Part shown: positions 61,784 through 64,000 of the stretch, one piece after another
Layout of the letters: every line of letters begins with the position of its first letter
How positions within the stretch are numbered: the stretch's first letter is position 1
DNA from: Longimicrobiales bacterium
Lineage (GTDB): Bacteria > Gemmatimonadota > Gemmatimonadetes > Longimicrobiales > Gaopeijiaceae
Length of the DNA stretch: 64,000 nt
Direction of reading: 5' to 3'
Assembly (NCBI GenBank): GCA_965226375.1
Contig: CBDDCX010000006.1
Location: forward strand, 448,001-512,000
Made by a program: the position numbers and the translations under genes
Notes under the pieces: model-generated
What the model was told of the DNA's origin: nothing
Database searches by the model: none
The model's input: the letters and a program-made list of their open reading frames with translations, nothing else

Positions 61784-63745
61784 ATGTCGCAGGAGCCTGA
61801 CAAGAGCCTGGCCAGTAAGGAGGAGGCCCGACAGGTCGCCGAATCCGCAAGGGAGACGGAGTGGGGAAACCGAAGCTTCGCCCGGGGCCTGTTCGACGGT
61901 TCTCTCGACTTGCACCTCGTATATCCGCCGCCTGAGCCGACTCCGGAAAGCGAGGCTAGGGCGCGGCCGTTCCTCGAGGCACTCGAAGAGTTCACCATTG
62001 CCCACATCGACGGCGACGCCATCGATCGGGAGAGTTGGGTGCCCCAGGAAGTTTTGGACGGTCTGGCTGAGCTCGGGGCCTTCGGCATCAAGATTCCGCG
62101 AGAGTATGGCGGACTCGGACTCTCTCAGTACCACTACAACAAAGCCCTCGGGATCGTGGCCAGCCGCTGCGGCTCCACAGGTGCGTTCCTGTCCGCTCAT
62201 CAATCCATCGGCGTCCCCCAGCCGCTCATCTACTTCGGCACCGAAGAGCAGAAGAAGAAATACCTTCCGCGTCTCGCGGCGGGAGAACTGTCGGCCTTCG
62301 CGCTCACGGAGTTGGACGTGGGATCGGACCCGGCCAATCTGGCCACAACGGCGGAGCTGTCGGAGGATGGCCAGCACTGGATTCTGAACGGAGAGAAACT
62401 CTGGTGCACCAACGGACCCCGCTCAGACATCATCGTGGTCATGGCGCGGACTCCGGCGCGAGAAGGGGTGCCCCAGCGGAAGCCCATCAGCGCATTCATC
62501 GTCGAGACGGCGTGGGAGGGGGTGGAGGTCGGACACATCTGCAGTTTCCTGGGTCTCAACGGCCTATCCAACGGCGTACTGCACTTCAACAACGTGAAGG
62601 TCCCGAAGGACAACCTGCTCTGGGGTGAGGGCCGGGGGCTCAAACTCGCGCTCATCACATTGAACACGGGACGCTTGTCCATTCCGGCGTTCTGTTCGGT
62701 CGGAGCCAAGGGCGCCCTACTTTCATGCAGGACATGGGCGGCCGAACGGTTCCAATGGGGAGCCCCCGTGGGCAAGCACGACGCCATCGCTCAAAAACTC
62801 GGAACGATGGCCGCCAACACGTTTGCCCTCGATGCCGTCGTCGACCTCACGGCCCGGATGGCCGACGCCAAGAGCTTCGACATTCGCCTCGAAGCTGCCA
62901 TCGCCAAGATGTGGAACAGCGAGGTCAGCTACGAGGTCATCGATGACGCTGTGCAGATCCGGGGGGGGAGGGGATATGAGAAGGCGGACTCTCTCCGCGC
63001 CCGTGGTGAGCACCCGTACCCGATAGAGCGAGCGCTCCGGGACAGCCGGATCAATCTCATCTTCGAGGGATCCAGTGAGATCATGCGCCTCTTCATCGCC
63101 CGCGAGGCTGTGGACGGTCACCTGAGCGTGGCAGGCGACATGATCGATCCGAGAGCCCCCATGGGAAAACGGATCGCGGCATTGTTCCGGGCGGGCGTCC
63201 ATTACGCATGGTGGTATCCCAGCCGCTGGCTCACCTGGGGACGGTGGCCGCGATACGGGGAGTTCGGTCCGTTGGCAGGCCACCTACGCTACGCCCACAG
63301 GACGTCGGCCAGATTGGCGAGGTCGATTTTTTATGCCATGGTCCGCTTCGGTCCGGGCCTCGAGAGAAAACAGGCCGTGCTTGGCAGAATCGTGGATATC
63401 GGTGCCGAGCTCTTCGTTATGGTCTCGACCGTCGTGCGAGCCCAAAGCCTCGTAAGCGCCAATCCGTCGGACCGGTCACCGTATACGCTGGCCGACCTCT
63501 TCTGTCGTCAGTCCAGGGCACGCATCCGGGACAGCTTCGATCGCCTGTTCTCAAACAACGATTCCGCCACGTACAAAGCGGCACAACAAGCTATGGACGG
63601 GATGTTCTCCTGGGTGGAGGAAGGACTCGTGAAGGAAGATTGGATTCCGTCCGCAAAGCGGGCTGGCCCCACCGAGGAAACCCCGGCTGCGCCTAGCGAG
63701 GAGCCCCGACCAACCGGCACGGCCGAACCTGCGCCAACGGTCTAG
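61784..63745 (+). CDS. Acyl-CoA dehydrogenase (long, ACAD9/FadE10-like)
   Basis: AFALTE...GSD, LNGEKLWCTN, LNTGRL, QIRGGRGY, IFEGSSE. Confidence 0.92.
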   Translation: MSQEPDKSLASKEEARQVAESARETEWGNRSFARGLFDGSLDLHLVYPPPEPTPESEARARPFLEALEEFTIAHIDGDAIDRESWVPQEVLDGLAELGAFGIKIPREYGGLGLSQYHYNKALGIVASRCGSTGAFLSAHQSIGVPQPLIYFGTEEQKKKYLPRLAAGELSAFALTELDVGSDPANLATTAELSEDGQHWILNGEKLWCTNGPRSDIIVVMARTPAREGVPQRKPISAFIVETAWEGVEVGHICSFLGLNGLSNGVLHFNNVKVPKDNLLWGEGRGLKLALITLNTGRLSIPAFCSVGAKGALLSCRTWAAERFQWGAPVGKHDAIAQKLGTMAANTFALDAVVDLTARMADAKSFDIRLEAAIAKMWNSEVSYEVIDDAVQIRGGRGYEKADSLRARGEHPYPIERALRDSRINLIFEGSSEIMRLFIAREAVDGHLSVAGDMIDPRAPMGKRIAALFRAGVHYAWWYPSRWLTWGRWPRYGEFGPLAGHLRYAHRTSARLARSIFYAMVRFGPGLERKQAVLGRIVDIGAELFVMVSTVVRAQSLVSANPSDRSPYTLADLFCRQSRARIRDSFDRLFSNNDSATYKAAQQAMDGMFSWVEEGLVKEDWIPSAKRAGPTEETPAAPSEEPRPTGTAEPAPTV

Positions 63746-63754
63746 TGTCCTAAG

Positions 63755-64000
63755 TCAGAACGCCATCGCGTCGCTGGACTGTCGTCGATACAGGCGATCG
63801 TAGACCTCGCTCCTCTCGAGGAGTTCCCGGTGCGAGCCCTGGTCCACAATGGTGCCTTGGTCCAGTACGAGAATCCGGTCTGCTCGTATGACGGTCGACA
63901 AGCGGTGGGCGATAACCAGGGTCGTCAGTCCCTCCATGAGGTGCTCGAGGGCGTCCTGGACCAGCGCCTCGCTCTCGGAATCGAGGCTGCTCGACGCCTC
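63755..64000 (-). CDS. ABC transporter ATPase C-terminus (MsbA-like), partial
   Basis: [11 protein letters not shown]...[10 protein letters not shown]; runs off the window. Confidence 0.85.
   Translation of the reverse strand, partial: EASSSLDSESEALVQDALEHLMEGLTTLVIAHRLSTVIRADRILVLDQGTIVDQGSHRELLERSEVYDRLYRRQSSDAMAF

Noticed and set aside
63742..63760. CTAGTGTCCTAAGTCAG as a possible IS or MITE end
   Set aside because: No partner repeat or second copy seen in the window.

Overview
GC-rich bacterial window. The gene repertoire (ADOP permeases with PadR, DUF5916 outer-membrane proteins, VPS10/BNR protein, large NAD-GDH) suggests Gemmatimonadota or a similar lineage; this is inference only. 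Contents in order: tandem DUF5916/CBM9 genes; a putative 3-keto-glycoside catabolic operon; an MFS transporter; an FG-GAP lipoprotein; an ANKH-like transporter; an RraA/aminotransferase/LeuCD-like operon; PadR-ADOP; a YbjN-DUF4956-CotH-like kinase operon; a decayed minor-pilin operon split by an IS3-family element; large NAD-GDH; yhaO/yhaN with a hydrolase; three glycosyltransferases; a pgeF/Cys-rich/OsmC operon; a TonB receptor with a Fur-like box; sucA; and assorted enzymes. Two signals stand out. (1) An OsmC-like gene has an in-frame UGA exactly at the catalytic Cys position, followed by a SECIS-like hairpin, so it is a probable unannotated selenoprotein, translationally coupled to pgeF and a small 4-Cys protein. 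(2) About a dozen deletions, frameshifts, nonsense codons and apparent start-codon losses fall only in accessory genes while long core genes are intact, suggesting ongoing genome decay. No rRNA, tRNA or CRISPR array was seen. All family calls come from motif recognition by eye, not database searches.
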